A DNA stretch of 55,212 bases from Actinomycetes bacterium (GTDB lineage: Bacteria > Actinomycetota > Acidimicrobiia > Acidimicrobiales > Bog-793). The number at the start of each line of letters is the position of its first letter. The stretch's first letter is position 1. Under the pieces are notes generated by a model. The model saw only the letters and a list, made by a program, of their open reading frames with translations. It had not been told where the DNA came from and did not search any database. The stretch is taken from contig JAJZLV010000074.1 of NCBI GenBank assembly GCA_021803215.1, positions 1 to 55,212 on the forward strand, read 5' to 3'. This document shows positions 15,779 to 26,753 of the stretch, piece after piece. Made by a program: the position numbers and the translations under genes.

Positions 15779-17905
15779 TTGCCGGTGGCTGGCCGGCTCA
15801 TCGTCGCGGCAGCGGCCGGTCTCCTGGCCCTGACGCTCCCCGAGGCGGCGGCCGCCTCAGCCACATCGGCGAGCCCACCGGCTCCAGGCCAGCTCGGGAG
15901 GGTCGTGGCGCCGGTCCCGGCCCTCCCCGCCGGCGCCCGGGCGGTCGGCCGGCTGGCGGCGCGCACCGAGCTGTCGGCCGACGTCGTCCTGCGGCCGCGC
16001 CACCCGGCCTTGCTCGAGGCGCTGGCCACGGCGGTGTCGAGCCCCTCCTCGGCCGAGAGAGCCAAGTACCTGACTCCTGCCCAGATAGCGGACCGCTTCG
16101 CCCCGAGTAGGGCCTCGGTCGCCTCTGTGGCCGCGGCGCTCGAGCAAAGGGGGCTCGCGGCCCGCCTGACGGGCAACGGCTTCACCTTGAAGGTGAGCGG
16201 GCGCGCCGGAGCGATGAGCCGGGCCTTTCGCACCACCTTCGTCGACTACCGCCTCCCCGGCGGCCGGGTGGCTTTCGCGAACGCCGGGCCGGTCCGACTC
16301 CCCTCGCCTGCGGCCCTCTCCGTCGAGACGGTCATAGGTCTCTCGGACCTCGCCCGCTACCGCTCCTTGCTCGCCGGGGGCGAGCGGCGGGCCAGGTCGC
16401 GCCGCAAGAACGACTCCCGGCGCCGGCTGCTCCCGACGGCCTGCCCGAGCGCCACAGCGGCGGTGGCCGGCGGCTACACCGCCGACCAGCTGGCCGCTGC
16501 CTACGGCATGAGCCAGCTCTGGCGCGACGGGGATCTCGGAGCGGGCTCGAGCATCGGGATCTTCGAGCTCGAGAACGACTCCCCGCGAGACATCGCCGCC
16601 TACGAGGCCTGCTATGGCATCCACACCCAGGTGAGCTATGCCCGCATCGATGGCGGTGCGACCGGACCCGGCTCCGGCTCGGGCGAGGCCGCCCTCGACA
16701 TCGAGGACGCCGCCGGGCTGGCTCCGGCGGCGAGCATCGTCGTCTACCAGGCTCCCAACGACGCCACCGGTCCCTTCGACGAGATGCAGTACATCGTCGA
16801 CCATCCAAAGACGAGGGTCGTCACGACCTCCTGGGGCGAGTGCGAGCCATTCCTCGGGGCCAACCCCGCGGCCGTGGCGGCGGCCGCCCAGGCCGAGGCC
16901 ACCCTCTTCGAGATCGCAGCCGCCGAGGGACAGACCTGGCTGGCCGCCTCGGGCGACACCGGATCGGCCGACTGCTATCCGACGAGCGCCCCCCTTTCGA
17001 GCGCGCTCGCCGTCGACGACCCCGGCTCCCAACCCTTTGTCACCTCGGTCGGCGGCACCACCTTGCACCTCGGACCGAGGGGGGCGAGCGAGACGGCCTG
17101 GAACGACGGTGGCGGGGCGGGCGGAGGCGGGATCTCGTCGGTCTGGCCGATGCCTTCGTACCAAGCGAACTCGCCCGCCTCGCTGCACGTCGTGAACTCC
17201 TACTCCTCGGGGGCGCCCTGCCAGGCTGCCAGTGGCTACTGCCGCCAGGTGCCCGACGTCTCGGCCGACGCCAGCCCGCTCGTCGGCTACTCGGCCTACT
17301 ACGACCGGAGCTGGACGAGCTTCGGCGGCACGAGCGCGGCCGCCCCGCTCTGGGCGGCTCTCGTCGCACTGGCCGAGTCGAGCACCGCCTGCGGCGGCCG
17401 CCCGCTCGGCTTCCTCAACCCCTCGCTCTACAGGCTGGCCGGCAGCCGCGCCTATGGGACCGATTTCCGGGACGTGACCTCTGGCAACAACGACTTCCTC
17501 CCCTCCGGGGCAGCGCCCGGCCTCTATCCGGCCGGAGTGGGCTACGACATGGCGACCGGTCTCGGCACCCCGCGGGCGGCCCGGCCGGGCGGCGGGGGCC
17601 TCGTCCGGGGCCTCTGCTCGCTGCTCGGGAGTGACCGCCCGGGAGTCCTCTCGCTCTCGCCCGAGGGCGGCCCGGCTGCCGGTGGCACCCCGGTCGTCGT
17701 CACCGGCTACGGCTTCAACGACGTGACAGCCGTCTACTTCGGCTCGGTGGCCGCCAAGTTCAGCTTCGAGAAGGCGAGCGCCACCCGCCCCCCCCGTCTC
17801 GTCGCCATCGCCCCGCCCGGCAGCGGCACGGTCGAGGTCACGGTGCGCGCCAGCCGGCGGCTCTCGCTCCCCGTCCCGCAGGACCAGTTCACCTACACTC
17901 CATAA
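15779..17905 (+). CDS. S53 (sedolisin/kumamolisin-type) serine peptidase with pro-domain and C-terminal IPT/TIG-like domain; secreted
   Basis: There is a signal peptide ([20 protein letters not shown]) and a pro-kumamolisin-like activation region. Catalytic motifs are [11 protein letters not shown] and [16 protein letters not shown]. The C-terminal [26 protein letters not shown] is IPT/TIG-like. The start is TTG. Confidence 0.85.
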   Translation: MPVAGRLIVAAAAGLLALTLPEAAAASATSASPPAPGQLGRVVAPVPALPAGARAVGRLAARTELSADVVLRPRHPALLEALATAVSSPSSAERAKYLTPAQIADRFAPSRASVASVAAALEQRGLAARLTGNGFTLKVSGRAGAMSRAFRTTFVDYRLPGGRVAFANAGPVRLPSPAALSVETVIGLSDLARYRSLLAGGERRARSRRKNDSRRRLLPTACPSATAAVAGGYTADQLAAAYGMSQLWRDGDLGAGSSIGIFELENDSPRDIAAYEACYGIHTQVSYARIDGGATGPGSGSGEAALDIEDAAGLAPAASIVVYQAPNDATGPFDEMQYIVDHPKTRVVTTSWGECEPFLGANPAAVAAAAQAEATLFEIAAAEGQTWLAASGDTGSADCYPTSAPLSSALAVDDPGSQPFVTSVGGTTLHLGPRGASETAWNDGGGAGGGGISSVWPMPSYQANSPASLHVVNSYSSGAPCQAASGYCRQVPDVSADASPLVGYSAYYDRSWTSFGGTSAAAPLWAALVALAESSTACGGRPLGFLNPSLYRLAGSRAYGTDFRDVTSGNNDFLPSGAAPGLYPAGVGYDMATGLGTPRAARPGGGGLVRGLCSLLGSDRPGVLSLSPEGGPAAGGTPVVVTGYGFNDVTAVYFGSVAAKFSFEKASATRPPRLVAIAPPGSGTVEVTVRASRRLSLPVPQDQFTYTP

Positions 17906-17915
17906 CCGGCCCACC

Positions 17916-19640
17916 ATGCGGAATGGGTTCCCGTCAAGTGGAAAAGCCGGTACCATCCCGCCGGGTTCAGGAGGACGAGTGGCCAGGGATCAACACGACT
18001 TTCTGATCGTCGGCGGCGGGTCGGCAGGCAGCGCCCTCGCGAACCGCCTCTCGGCCGATCCGGGCAACTCGGTGCTGGTGCTCGAGGCGGGCCGTCCCGA
18101 CTACCCGTTCGACGTCTTCATCCACATGCCGGCGGCGCTCACCATCCCGATCGGCAACCGGTTCTATGACTGGAGGTACGAGTCCGAGCCCGAGCCCCAC
18201 ATGAACGGGCGGCGCATCTACCACGCCCGGGGGAAGGTGCTCGGCGGCTCGAGCTCGATCAACGGGATGATCTTCCAGCGGGGCAACCCCCTCGACTACG
18301 AGCGCTGGGGGCGAGAGCCGGGCCTCGAGAACTGGGACTACGCCCACTGCCTGCCCTACTTCAAGAAGATGGAGACCTGCCGGGCGGGGGCCGACGAGTT
18401 CCGCGGGGGCGACGGCCCGATCATCCTCGAGCGGGGGCCGGCCACCAACCCGTTGTTCAAGGCGTTCTTCGAGGCTGTGCAGCAGGCCGGGTACAGCCTC
18501 ACCGACGACGTGAACGGCTACCGCCAGGAGGGCTTCGCCCCCTTTGATCGCACCATCTCGCGCGGGCGGCGTTGGAGCGCCGCCAGGGCGTACCTCCACC
18601 CGGCGATGAAGCGCCCGAACCTCGAGGTGAGAACGCGGGCCATGGTGGGCCGCGTCATCTTCGAGAACAAAAGGGCCGTGGGCGTCGAGTACCGCCAGGC
18701 AAGGGGTCCGGCGAAGACCGCCCGGGCCCGCCAGGTGATCCTGTGCGGAGGCTCGATCAACACGCCCCAGCTCCTCGAGCTCTCGGGGGTGGGCAACGCC
18801 GCGGAGCTCTCCGCCCTCGGGATCGACGTCGTGGCGGACCTGCCCGGCGTCGGCGAGAACCTGCAGGACCATCTCGAGGTCTACATCCAGTACGCCTGCA
18901 AGCAGCCGGTCTCCCTGGCGCCGGCCCTCAAGTGGCGCAACCGCCCGCTCATCGGGCTCGACTGGCTCTTTTTCCGCCGCGGGCCGGGCGCCACCAACCA
19001 CTTCGAGGGAGGGGGCTTCGCCCGGAGCAACGAGGCCGAGCTCTATCCGAACCTCATGTTCCACTTCCTGCCCATCGCCATCCGCTACGACGGCTCGGCC
19101 CCGGCCGCCGGGCACGGCTACCAGGTGCACATCGGCCCGATGTACTCAGATTCGCGGGGCTCGGTGAAGATCCGCTCCCGCGACCCGCGGGTCCACCCGG
19201 CCATCCGGTTCAACTACCTCTCGACCGGCCAGGACCGCCGGGAGTGGCAAGAGGCCATCGAGGTCGCCCGCAAGATCCTCAATCAGCCGGCCTTCGAGCC
19301 CTACAACGGCGGCGAGCTCTCGCCGGGCCCGAGCGTCGAGAGCGGCCAGGAGATCCTCGAGTGGGTGCGCCGGGACGGCGAGACCGCCCTCCACCCCTCC
19401 TGCACCGCCAAGCTCGGGACCGACGAGATGTCGGTCGTCGATCCCTCGTCGATGCGGGTGCACGGGCTCGACGGCTTGACGGTCGTCGACGCCTCCGTCA
19501 TGCCCTATGTCACCAACGGCAACATCTACGCCCCCGTCATGATGGTGGCCGAGAAGGCCGCCGACCTCATCCTCGGCAACACCCCCCTTGCGCCCGAGCC
19601 CGTCGCCTTCTTTCGCCGTGACACGAACGAGGTGCCGTGA
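17916..19640 (+). CDS. betA: choline dehydrogenase (GMC oxidoreductase)
   Basis: Similarity to BetA is strong along the whole length as I recall it: [68 protein letters not shown] and HPSCTAKLG. The likely true start is GTG 17979, just after AGGAGGA (17969-17975). Confidence 0.9.
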   Translation: MRNGFPSSGKAGTIPPGSGGRVARDQHDFLIVGGGSAGSALANRLSADPGNSVLVLEAGRPDYPFDVFIHMPAALTIPIGNRFYDWRYESEPEPHMNGRRIYHARGKVLGGSSSINGMIFQRGNPLDYERWGREPGLENWDYAHCLPYFKKMETCRAGADEFRGGDGPIILERGPATNPLFKAFFEAVQQAGYSLTDDVNGYRQEGFAPFDRTISRGRRWSAARAYLHPAMKRPNLEVRTRAMVGRVIFENKRAVGVEYRQARGPAKTARARQVILCGGSINTPQLLELSGVGNAAELSALGIDVVADLPGVGENLQDHLEVYIQYACKQPVSLAPALKWRNRPLIGLDWLFFRRGPGATNHFEGGGFARSNEAELYPNLMFHFLPIAIRYDGSAPAAGHGYQVHIGPMYSDSRGSVKIRSRDPRVHPAIRFNYLSTGQDRREWQEAIEVARKILNQPAFEPYNGGELSPGPSVESGQEILEWVRRDGETALHPSCTAKLGTDEMSVVDPSSMRVHGLDGLTVVDASVMPYVTNGNIYAPVMMVAEKAADLILGNTPLAPEPVAFFRRDTNEVP

Positions 19641-21091
19641 GGCAGTTCAGCTGCTACATAGAGGGTGCCTTCGTGGCCGGCCCGGTCGCGCTGCCGGCCG
19701 AGAGCCCCTCGAGCGGCGAGCGCTTCGGCACCATCATGGCGGGCGACGCCGGGACGGCCGGCGCCGCCGTCGAGGCGGCCCGGCGGGCGGCCCCCTCCTG
19801 GGCCGCCCTCTCGCCCTTCGACCGGGCCGAGCACCTCTTTGAGGTGGCCTCGGTGCTGCGCGAGGAGCGCCAGGCGCTGGCGGAGATCCTCACCCTCGAC
19901 CAGGGAAAGCCGCTCCTGGCTGAGGCCTACGACGAGGTCGACGAGCTGGTGGTCTACTTCGAGATGGCGGCGGCGGACGCCAGGCGGCTCGAGGGCAGCC
20001 TGCCCGCCTCGGTCTCGGCCGGCCGCCGGGTGCTCGTCCGCCGGCTGCCCCTCGGCGTGGTCGGAGTCGTCTCGCCCTGGAACTGGCCGTACACCATGGG
20101 GGCCGAGCTCATCGCCCCGGCTCTGGCGGCCGGGAACACCGTGGTCTGGGTGCCGGCCCCCTCGACGAGCGCCTGCACCGCCGAGCTGGTGCGGCTCATC
20201 GCGGAGAAGGCCCGGCTCCCCAAGGGAGTGCTCAACTTCGTGGCCGGTGAGGGCCCGGTGGTCGGAGCGGCCGTCGTCGCCCACCGGTTCACCGACGGGG
20301 TCGGCTTCATCGGCTCGGTGGCGACGGGGAGGGCCGTGGCGAGCGGGGCGGCCGGGAAGACCCAGCTCCTGGAGCTGGGCGGGAACGGACCGATGGTCGT
20401 CCTCGCCGACGCTGACGTCGAGCTCGCCACCGAGGCGGCCCTCGAGGCGGCTTTCCTCTGCGCCGGGCAGAGCTGCACGGCCGGCGAGCGCTTCCTCGTG
20501 CAAAGAGAGATCCGGGCCGACTTCGTCGAGTCGGTCCTGGAGGCGGTCCGGGCCCGGGTGGTCCTCGGCGACCCCTTCGAGGCCACCACAACCATGGGAC
20601 CCCTCAACAACGAGAAGACGGCGGCCAAGTTCGACCAGCACGTCGCCGACGCCGTTCGAAGGGGGGCGAGCTGCCTGGTGGGCGGCCGGCGCCGTGAGGG
20701 TTTTCCCACCCGCCTGTACGCCGAGGCGACGGTGCTCGACGGCGTCAGCCCCGAGATGGAGATCGCCAGAGAGGAGACCTTCGGCCCGGTGGTCCCGGTG
20801 GTCGAGGTCTCTTCGGTCGAGGAGGCCCTCGAGCTCACGAACGCCTCGCCTTTTGGTCTCACGGCCGCCGTGTTCACCGAGGACCTCGAGACCGGCCTGG
20901 CCTTTGCGGAACGGACGAGAGCCGGCTGGGTGAACGTGAACGGATCCACCAACCTGTGGGAGTCCCACCTTCCCTTCGGCGGGCGGGCCGGCAGTGTGAG
21001 CGGGCGGGGCCGGGTCGGCGGGCGGGCCGCGCTCGAGACCTTCAGCGAGCCCCAGACGGTCCTGCTGCCGGCCCCACGACTTGCCCGCTAG
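19637..21091 (+). CDS. NAD(P)-dependent aldehyde dehydrogenase (context suggests betaine-aldehyde dehydrogenase)
   Basis: ALDH motifs are present: [15 protein letters not shown], catalytic Cys in [10 protein letters not shown], and EETFGPV. The GTG start overlaps the betA stop (GTGA). Confidence 0.88.
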   Translation: MRQFSCYIEGAFVAGPVALPAESPSSGERFGTIMAGDAGTAGAAVEAARRAAPSWAALSPFDRAEHLFEVASVLREERQALAEILTLDQGKPLLAEAYDEVDELVVYFEMAAADARRLEGSLPASVSAGRRVLVRRLPLGVVGVVSPWNWPYTMGAELIAPALAAGNTVVWVPAPSTSACTAELVRLIAEKARLPKGVLNFVAGEGPVVGAAVVAHRFTDGVGFIGSVATGRAVASGAAGKTQLLELGGNGPMVVLADADVELATEAALEAAFLCAGQSCTAGERFLVQREIRADFVESVLEAVRARVVLGDPFEATTTMGPLNNEKTAAKFDQHVADAVRRGASCLVGGRRREGFPTRLYAEATVLDGVSPEMEIAREETFGPVVPVVEVSSVEEALELTNASPFGLTAAVFTEDLETGLAFAERTRAGWVNVNGSTNLWESHLPFGGRAGSVSGRGRVGGRAALETFSEPQTVLLPAPRLAR

Positions 21092-21121
21092 CCGTGGGGC
21101 GCCCCCGAAGATTCCCCCTCC

Positions 21122-23668
21122 TTGAGCCCTAGTGAAAGAGCCAATGTGACAGTGAACAACAAGCGCGCCAGCTGCGTCGTCATCGGCGCAGGCATCGTCG
21201 GAAACAGCCTCGTGCACCACCTGGCCCGCCTCGGCATGCGTGACGTCGTCCTTTTGGACAAGGGGCCGATGCCGAACCCCGGCGGCTCCACGGGACACGC
21301 CTCGAACTTCATCTTCCCCGTCGACTACTCGAAGATGATGACCGAGCTGACGGCCGACTCGACCCGCCAGTACAAGGAGCTCGGCGTCTTCACCGAGTCG
21401 GGTGGCGTCGAGGTGGCCCGCACGCCGGCCCGCCTGGAGGAGTTCCGCCGGCGGGTGACGACGGCCAAGGCATGGGGGATCGAGGCCGAGATCATCGAGC
21501 CGGGCGAGGTGGCCCGCCTCGTGCCCTACCTCGACCCGTCGGTGATCCGCGCCGGCCTCTACTTCCCCGCGGTGGGGGTGGTCGACTCCCTTCGAGCCGG
21601 CACCCTCATGCGCGAGGCGGCTCAGGGATCGGGCGCCCTCGAGGTGCTGGCCAACACCGAGGTGCTCGGCATCGAGGTCGACCGGGCCACCCGGCGGGTG
21701 AGAGCTCTCCGGACCACGGCCGGCGAGATCGAGACCGAGCTGGTGGCGATCTGCTGTGGTGTCTGGAGCCCCCGCCTGGCCGAGATGGCAGGCGCCCACA
21801 TCCCTCTCACGCCGATCGTCCACCAGATGATCAGCGTCGGCCCGATCCCGCTGTTCTCCGAGACGGCGGGCGAGATCGCCTACCCGATCGTGCGCGACGT
21901 CGACACCAACATGTACGAGCGCCAGCACGGCGGCGACCTGGAGGTGGGCTCTTACGCCCACCGGCCGATCCTCGTGGCCCCGGGCGAGATCCCCTCCAAC
22001 GAGGAGGCGGCCCTCTCTCCGACCGAGCTGCCCTTTACCCAGGAGGACTTCGACCCCCAGCTCGCCGAGGCGCTCGAGCTCATGCCGGAGCTGCTCGGCG
22101 ACGAGAACGTCGGCATCCGCTACGCCATAAACGGTCTCATCTCTATGACGCCCGACGGGCATCCCGTGCTCGGCGAGACGCCCGAGGTGAGAGGGCTCTG
22201 GTCGGTCGCCGCCAGCTGGATCAAAGAGGGCCCGGGCATCGGCCGGGCCGTGGCCGAGTGGATGGTCTCGGGCCGCTCCGAGATCGACATCCACGAGTCA
22301 GACCCGGCCCGCTTCTACCCCTTCCAGCAGACCCGCCGCCATGTGCGGGCGAGGGCGAGCGAGGGCTTCAACAAGATGTACGGCATCGTCCACCCCTTCG
22401 AGCAGTGGTCGCTCGAGCGGGAGATAAGGCTCGCTCCCATGTACGCCGAGGAGAAGGAGCTCGGCGCCTTCTGCTACCAGACGGCCGGCTGGGAGCGGCC
22501 CCACTGGTACGAGTCGAATGCCCCGCTTATCGAGCGGTACGGCGACGCCGTCATGGACCGGCCGGCCGAGTGGGACGCCCGCTGGTGGTCGCCGATCATA
22601 AACGCCGAGCACCTGGCGATGCGGGAGTCCTGCGGGCTGGTCGACCTGAGCGCTTTCGTGGAGCTCGACGTCACCGGTCCGGGTGCTCTCGACGCCCTGC
22701 AGTCCATCGCCGTCGCCCAGCTCGACGTAGCCGACGGGCGGGTCGTCTACACGCCCTTCCTCGACCAGGAAGGGGGCTTCAAGGCCGACCTCACGATCAT
22801 GCGTCTCGGGCGGGACCACTTCCGGGTCGTGACGGGCGGAGCCCACGGGATGGCGGACAAGAAGTGGATCCTCGATCACCTGCCGGCCGGCGGCTCGGCC
22901 CAGCTGTGCGAGGCCACCTCGGCACTCACAACCCTCGGGCTGTGGGGCCCGCAGGCCCGGCGGGTGCTCGAGATGGTGACGGACGACGACCTCTCCAACG
23001 AAGGCTTCGCCTTCTCGACCTGCCGGGAGATCGAGGTGGCCGGCCTCGTGGCGCTCGCCTCGCGCATCTCCTATGTCGGGGATCTCGGCTGGGAGCTGTA
23101 CGTGCCGATCGAGCAGGGTGCCCGGCTCTGGCGGGCCCTCTACGAGGCCGGCGCCCCGCTCGGTCTCGTCCCGGTCGGGATCGGCGTCTACGGCACCACC
23201 GGCCGGCTCGAGAAGAGCTACCGGGCCTTCGGCAGCGAGCTCACGCCGGACTACGACATCACCGAGGCCGGCATGGCGAGGCCGCGGGTGAAGAGCCAGC
23301 CGTTCATCGGCAAGCAGGCCTACCTGCGCCAGCGCGAGAGCCAGCCGGCCGCCCTGCTTTGCACCCTCGCAGTCGACGAGCACGCCACCCCGGCGGGGGA
23401 GCGCCGCTACATGCTAGGGGGAGAGCCGATCCTCACCCGGGAGGGCGAGCGGATAACGGACTCGAAGAACCGGCCCTCTTACGTCACCTCGGCCGGGGCC
23501 GGACCCTCGGTCGGCCGCCACCTGCTGATGGCCTACCTGCCGCGCCAGCTGGCGGTCGAGGGTGAGCGACTTCTCGTCGGCTGCATGAACGAGACCTTTC
23601 CGGTCACGGTGGTGGTCGCCGGCTCTCGGCCCCTTTTCGACCCGGAGAACGAACGGGTGCGAGCCTGA
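21122..23668 (+). CDS. dimethylglycine/sarcosine dehydrogenase-oxidase family protein (N-terminal FAD oxidoreductase fused to GcvT-type folate-binding aminomethyltransferase domain)
   Basis: The dinucleotide fold reads CVVIGAGIVGNSL. GGSTGHASNF corresponds to the covalent-flavin His region of DMGO/DMGDH. The GcvT part includes LVDLSAF, SYVGDLGWELY and LEKSYRAFG. The protein is about 848 aa, like dimethylglycine oxidase. Confidence 0.85.
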   Translation: MSPSERANVTVNNKRASCVVIGAGIVGNSLVHHLARLGMRDVVLLDKGPMPNPGGSTGHASNFIFPVDYSKMMTELTADSTRQYKELGVFTESGGVEVARTPARLEEFRRRVTTAKAWGIEAEIIEPGEVARLVPYLDPSVIRAGLYFPAVGVVDSLRAGTLMREAAQGSGALEVLANTEVLGIEVDRATRRVRALRTTAGEIETELVAICCGVWSPRLAEMAGAHIPLTPIVHQMISVGPIPLFSETAGEIAYPIVRDVDTNMYERQHGGDLEVGSYAHRPILVAPGEIPSNEEAALSPTELPFTQEDFDPQLAEALELMPELLGDENVGIRYAINGLISMTPDGHPVLGETPEVRGLWSVAASWIKEGPGIGRAVAEWMVSGRSEIDIHESDPARFYPFQQTRRHVRARASEGFNKMYGIVHPFEQWSLEREIRLAPMYAEEKELGAFCYQTAGWERPHWYESNAPLIERYGDAVMDRPAEWDARWWSPIINAEHLAMRESCGLVDLSAFVELDVTGPGALDALQSIAVAQLDVADGRVVYTPFLDQEGGFKADLTIMRLGRDHFRVVTGGAHGMADKKWILDHLPAGGSAQLCEATSALTTLGLWGPQARRVLEMVTDDDLSNEGFAFSTCREIEVAGLVALASRISYVGDLGWELYVPIEQGARLWRALYEAGAPLGLVPVGIGVYGTTGRLEKSYRAFGSELTPDYDITEAGMARPRVKSQPFIGKQAYLRQRESQPAALLCTLAVDEHATPAGERRYMLGGEPILTREGERITDSKNRPSYVTSAGAGPSVGRHLLMAYLPRQLAVEGERLLVGCMNETFPVTVVVAGSRPLFDPENERVRA

Positions 23669-24423
23669 TGGACCTCCTCGTCTGCCTGAAGCGGGTGCCC
23701 ATGGTGGGCGGCCGCATCGGGCTGCTCCCCTCCGAGCGCCAGATCGACACCGCCATGCTCGGCTTCACCGTCAGCCCGCACGAGGAGTGCGCCGTCGAGG
23801 AGGCCGTCCGGATCGTCGAGTCGCAGGGAGGTCAGGTGACGGTGCTCACGCTCGGGCCGCCCGAGGCGGCCGAGCAGCTCCGCGACGCCGTCGCGGTCGG
23901 GGCCTCGCGCTGTCTGCTGCTCGAGGCGGGCGGGAAGGAGTGGGGTCCGATGGCGACCGCCCGGGCGATAGCGGCGGCTGCCGAGCAGGCGGGTCCTTTC
24001 GACCTCATCCTGTTCGGCAACGAGGCGGCCGACACCGCGGACTTCCAGGTCGGCGTCCGGGTGGCTCACCTGCTCGGCCGGCCGGTGGCGACCGGCATCA
24101 AGTCGCTCTCGGTCGAATCGGGAGCGGTCACCGCCCGCCGCGAGTACCGCGGGGTCGAGGAGAGCTTCGTGCTTCAACTGCCGGCCGTCGTGAGCGTGAA
24201 AGAGGGGATCAACCTGCCTCGTTACCCATCGCTGCCGGGCCGGATGCGGGCGAAGAAGGCCGTCATCGAGACGCTCTCGCCTGCTTACAGCGAGGAGGGC
24301 CTCTCGATGGAGCGGCTCGTGGTGCCGAAGGTGGAGCGCCGCCGGGCCGCGGTGCTCGGCGAGGGTCGGGAGGCGGTCGGCGAGCTGGTCGACCTGCTCG
24401 AGCAGCTGGGGATATTGGCATGA
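23668..24423 (+). CDS. etfB: electron transfer flavoprotein subunit beta
   Basis: The sequence MDLLVCLKRVP..VSPHEECAVEEAVRI..VTVLTLGP is a typical EtfB. The ATG overlaps the upstream stop (TGATG). Confidence 0.9.
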   Translation: MDLLVCLKRVPMVGGRIGLLPSERQIDTAMLGFTVSPHEECAVEEAVRIVESQGGQVTVLTLGPPEAAEQLRDAVAVGASRCLLLEAGGKEWGPMATARAIAAAAEQAGPFDLILFGNEAADTADFQVGVRVAHLLGRPVATGIKSLSVESGAVTARREYRGVEESFVLQLPAVVSVKEGINLPRYPSLPGRMRAKKAVIETLSPAYSEEGLSMERLVVPKVERRRAAVLGEGREAVGELVDLLEQLGILA

Positions 24424-25379
24424 GCTGTGCCATAGTCTTTTGCGAAGCGGGGCCCGAGGGGATGATCGAGGCCTCGCTCCGAACGGCCGGCCTCGCCCGC
24501 CGGTTGGCTGACGAGCTGGTGCTCTGCGGCCGCGAGCTGCCAGGCGTGGCCGCCGAGCAGGCGAGGCAGGCCGGAGCGCGAAGGCTCGTCTCGCTGGCTG
24601 TGCCCGGCTACGCCCCCCGCGGGATCGCCCGAGCGCTCTGGCAGCTGGCCGAACGGCTCGGGGCAAGCGCCGTCCTGGCGGCCGGCACCGACCACGGCAA
24701 CGAGATCCTCGCCCACCTCGGCGCCCTCTCGGACGAGGAGATGGTGGCGAACTGCCTAGCCGTCGAGAGGCGGGGCGAGGGCTATGTCGTAACCAGGCAG
24801 CGCTGGGGCGGGAGCCTTTTGGAAGAGGCCCACCTCGAGGCGCGCCGGGCGCTGCTGACCGTGGCCGCAGAGGCAGTCGCCCCCGCCTCCTCGCCTGAGC
24901 CAGAGCCCGTCGGCGAGGAGAGCTTCGAGCCCTCGCTCGACCCGGCGGACCTCTCGGTGACCGCCAGCGAGCAAAGAGAGCAGGCGGCCGGCGTCTCGCT
25001 CGCGAGCGCCCGGGTCGTCGTGAGCGGCGGGCGAGGCGTCGGCGGCCCGGAGGGCTTCGGAGTCATAGAGGAGATCGCCGAGATGCTGGGCGGCGCCGTC
25101 GGGGTCTCCCGGGTGGTCACGAGCCTTGGGTGGCGCCCGCACAGAGAGCAGGTGGGCCAGACGGGCACGAAGGTGACGCCAGAGCTCTACCTGGCCTGCG
25201 GCATAAGCGGCGCCATCCAGCACCTGGCGGGCTGCCAGAGCGCCAAGACGATGGTGGCGATCAACACCGATCCGGAGGCGCCGATAATGTCGCGGGCCGA
25301 CTACGCCGTCATCGGAGACCTCGCCGAGGTGCTGCCGGCTCTGCGCGACGCCCTCGCCGAGCGTCTCAGAAGGCAATGA
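24420..25379 (+). CDS. etfA: electron transfer flavoprotein subunit alpha
   Basis: The C-terminal FAD-binding signature is present: VVSGGRGVG..GQTGTKVTPELYLACGISGAIQHLAG..VAINTDPEAPI. The ATG at 24420 overlaps the etfB stop (ATGA). Confidence 0.9.
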   Translation: MSCAIVFCEAGPEGMIEASLRTAGLARRLADELVLCGRELPGVAAEQARQAGARRLVSLAVPGYAPRGIARALWQLAERLGASAVLAAGTDHGNEILAHLGALSDEEMVANCLAVERRGEGYVVTRQRWGGSLLEEAHLEARRALLTVAAEAVAPASSPEPEPVGEESFEPSLDPADLSVTASEQREQAAGVSLASARVVVSGGRGVGGPEGFGVIEEIAEMLGGAVGVSRVVTSLGWRPHREQVGQTGTKVTPELYLACGISGAIQHLAGCQSAKTMVAINTDPEAPIMSRADYAVIGDLAEVLPALRDALAERLRRQ

Positions 25380-25408
25380 GGCATTCGACCTAGTTACTCT
25401 TTTTCCTC

Positions 25409-26752
25409 ATGAGCACGGAGCTGGTAAGGAAGGAGTCGAACGAGAGCTCTTCGAGCCGCCCGCCCGAGGGTGCCGCGCCCGGGGTCGCCTCGCAGCTCGG
25501 GCCGCTCTTCGCCTCATTGTTCCCCCAAGGCAGCCCGGTCGCCTTCTCCTTCTGGGACGGCAGCCGGCTCGGGCCGGGCGGCGGCCCGGGCGAGGTGGTG
25601 GTGCACCACAAGACCGCCCTCAGGCGCCTGCTGTGGGCGCCGGGCGAGCTCGGGCTGGCGCGGGCCTACGTGTCGGGCGAGATCGACCTCGAGGGCGACA
25701 TCTACGCCATCTTGGCGTCGCTGAACGAGGCGATGGGGCGGCGGCCGCCCCGCCCGACCAAAACGCTCGGCGCCCTCCTCAGGGTCCTTTTCCGCCTCGA
25801 TCTCCTCGGGCCGCCGCCTCCGCCGCCTGCTGTCGAGGTGAGGCTCTCGCTCCTCTCCTCCGGCTGGCTCCACTCCAAGGGGAGGGACTCCGAGGCGATC
25901 CGGCACCACTACGACGTCGGGAACGACTTCTACTCGCTCGTCCTCGGCCCGACCATGACCTACTCCTGTGCCCGATTCCTCGACGGCGCGACGAGCCTCG
26001 AGGCGGCCCAGGCGGCCAAGCACGAGCTCATCTGCCGCAAGCTCGGCCTCGATGCGAGGCCCGGCGCCCGCCTGCTCGACGTCGGCTGCGGCTGGGGCTC
26101 GATGGCGATCCACGCGGCCGCCAACCACGGAGCCAAGGTGGTCGGGGTGACGCTCAGCCCGGCCCAGGCCGAGCTGGCCCGGGAGCGGGTCGAGGCCGCC
26201 GGACTCTCGGACCGGGTCGAGATCCGCCTGCAGGACTACCGCGACCTCGGCGGGGAGAAGTTCGACGCCATCTCGTCGGTCGGCATGTTCGAGCACGTCG
26301 GGAGCGAGAGGATGCACGAGTACTTCGCCACCCTCTACGGGCTGCTGGACTACGAGGGACGCCTCTTGAACCACGCCATCTCGAAGGTGGGCGGCTCGAA
26401 GATGCGCGGGCGGCGCTTCATCAACCGTTACGTCTTCCCCGACGGCGAGCTGATGGACGTGGCCGAGGTCGTGCGGGCCATGGAGGACCATGGCTTCGAG
26501 GTGCGCGATCTCGAGTCGTTGCGGGAGCACTACGTGAGGACGCTCCGGTTCTGGGTGGCCAACCTGGAGGAGCACTTCGAGGAGGCCGCCGCCGTCTCGA
26601 GCAGGGAGAGGGCGCGAGTCTGGCGCCTCTACATGGCGGCCTCGGCCAACGGCTTCGCGGAGAACTCGATCGCGGTTCACCAGGTGCTCGGGGTGAAGAG
26701 CGCCCCGAACGGCTCGAGCGGCATGCCGCTCACGAGGCGGTCCTGGGGCTGA
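25409..26752 (+). CDS. cfa: cyclopropane-fatty-acyl-phospholipid synthase family SAM-dependent methyltransferase
   Basis: The protein contains HYDVGNDFYSLVLGPTMTYSCARF, the SAM motif LLDVGCGWGSMAIHAA, and FEHVG. Confidence 0.85.
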   Translation: MSTELVRKESNESSSSRPPEGAAPGVASQLGPLFASLFPQGSPVAFSFWDGSRLGPGGGPGEVVVHHKTALRRLLWAPGELGLARAYVSGEIDLEGDIYAILASLNEAMGRRPPRPTKTLGALLRVLFRLDLLGPPPPPPAVEVRLSLLSSGWLHSKGRDSEAIRHHYDVGNDFYSLVLGPTMTYSCARFLDGATSLEAAQAAKHELICRKLGLDARPGARLLDVGCGWGSMAIHAAANHGAKVVGVTLSPAQAELARERVEAAGLSDRVEIRLQDYRDLGGEKFDAISSVGMFEHVGSERMHEYFATLYGLLDYEGRLLNHAISKVGGSKMRGRRFINRYVFPDGELMDVAEVVRAMEDHGFEVRDLESLREHYVRTLRFWVANLEEHFEEAAAVSSRERARVWRLYMAASANGFAENSIAVHQVLGVKSAPNGSSGMPLTRRSWG

Positions 26753-26753
26753 G

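Noticed and set aside
15857-17956. 699-aa minus-strand ORF antisense to the S53 peptidase; similar giants are at 19526..22294 (-), 44829..46853 (-), 46663..48858 (-), 12523..14187 (-), 39812..41713 (-) and 54052..55008 (-)
   Set aside because: These are long open antisense frames expected in very GC-rich DNA. The translations are dominated by Arg/Gly/Pro/Asp/His runs without motifs. The sense strands carry unambiguous family signatures (S53, BetA/ALDH/DMGDH, SBP5, GH1, PNPOx/PanE, LacI/permease, FAD oxidoreductase).
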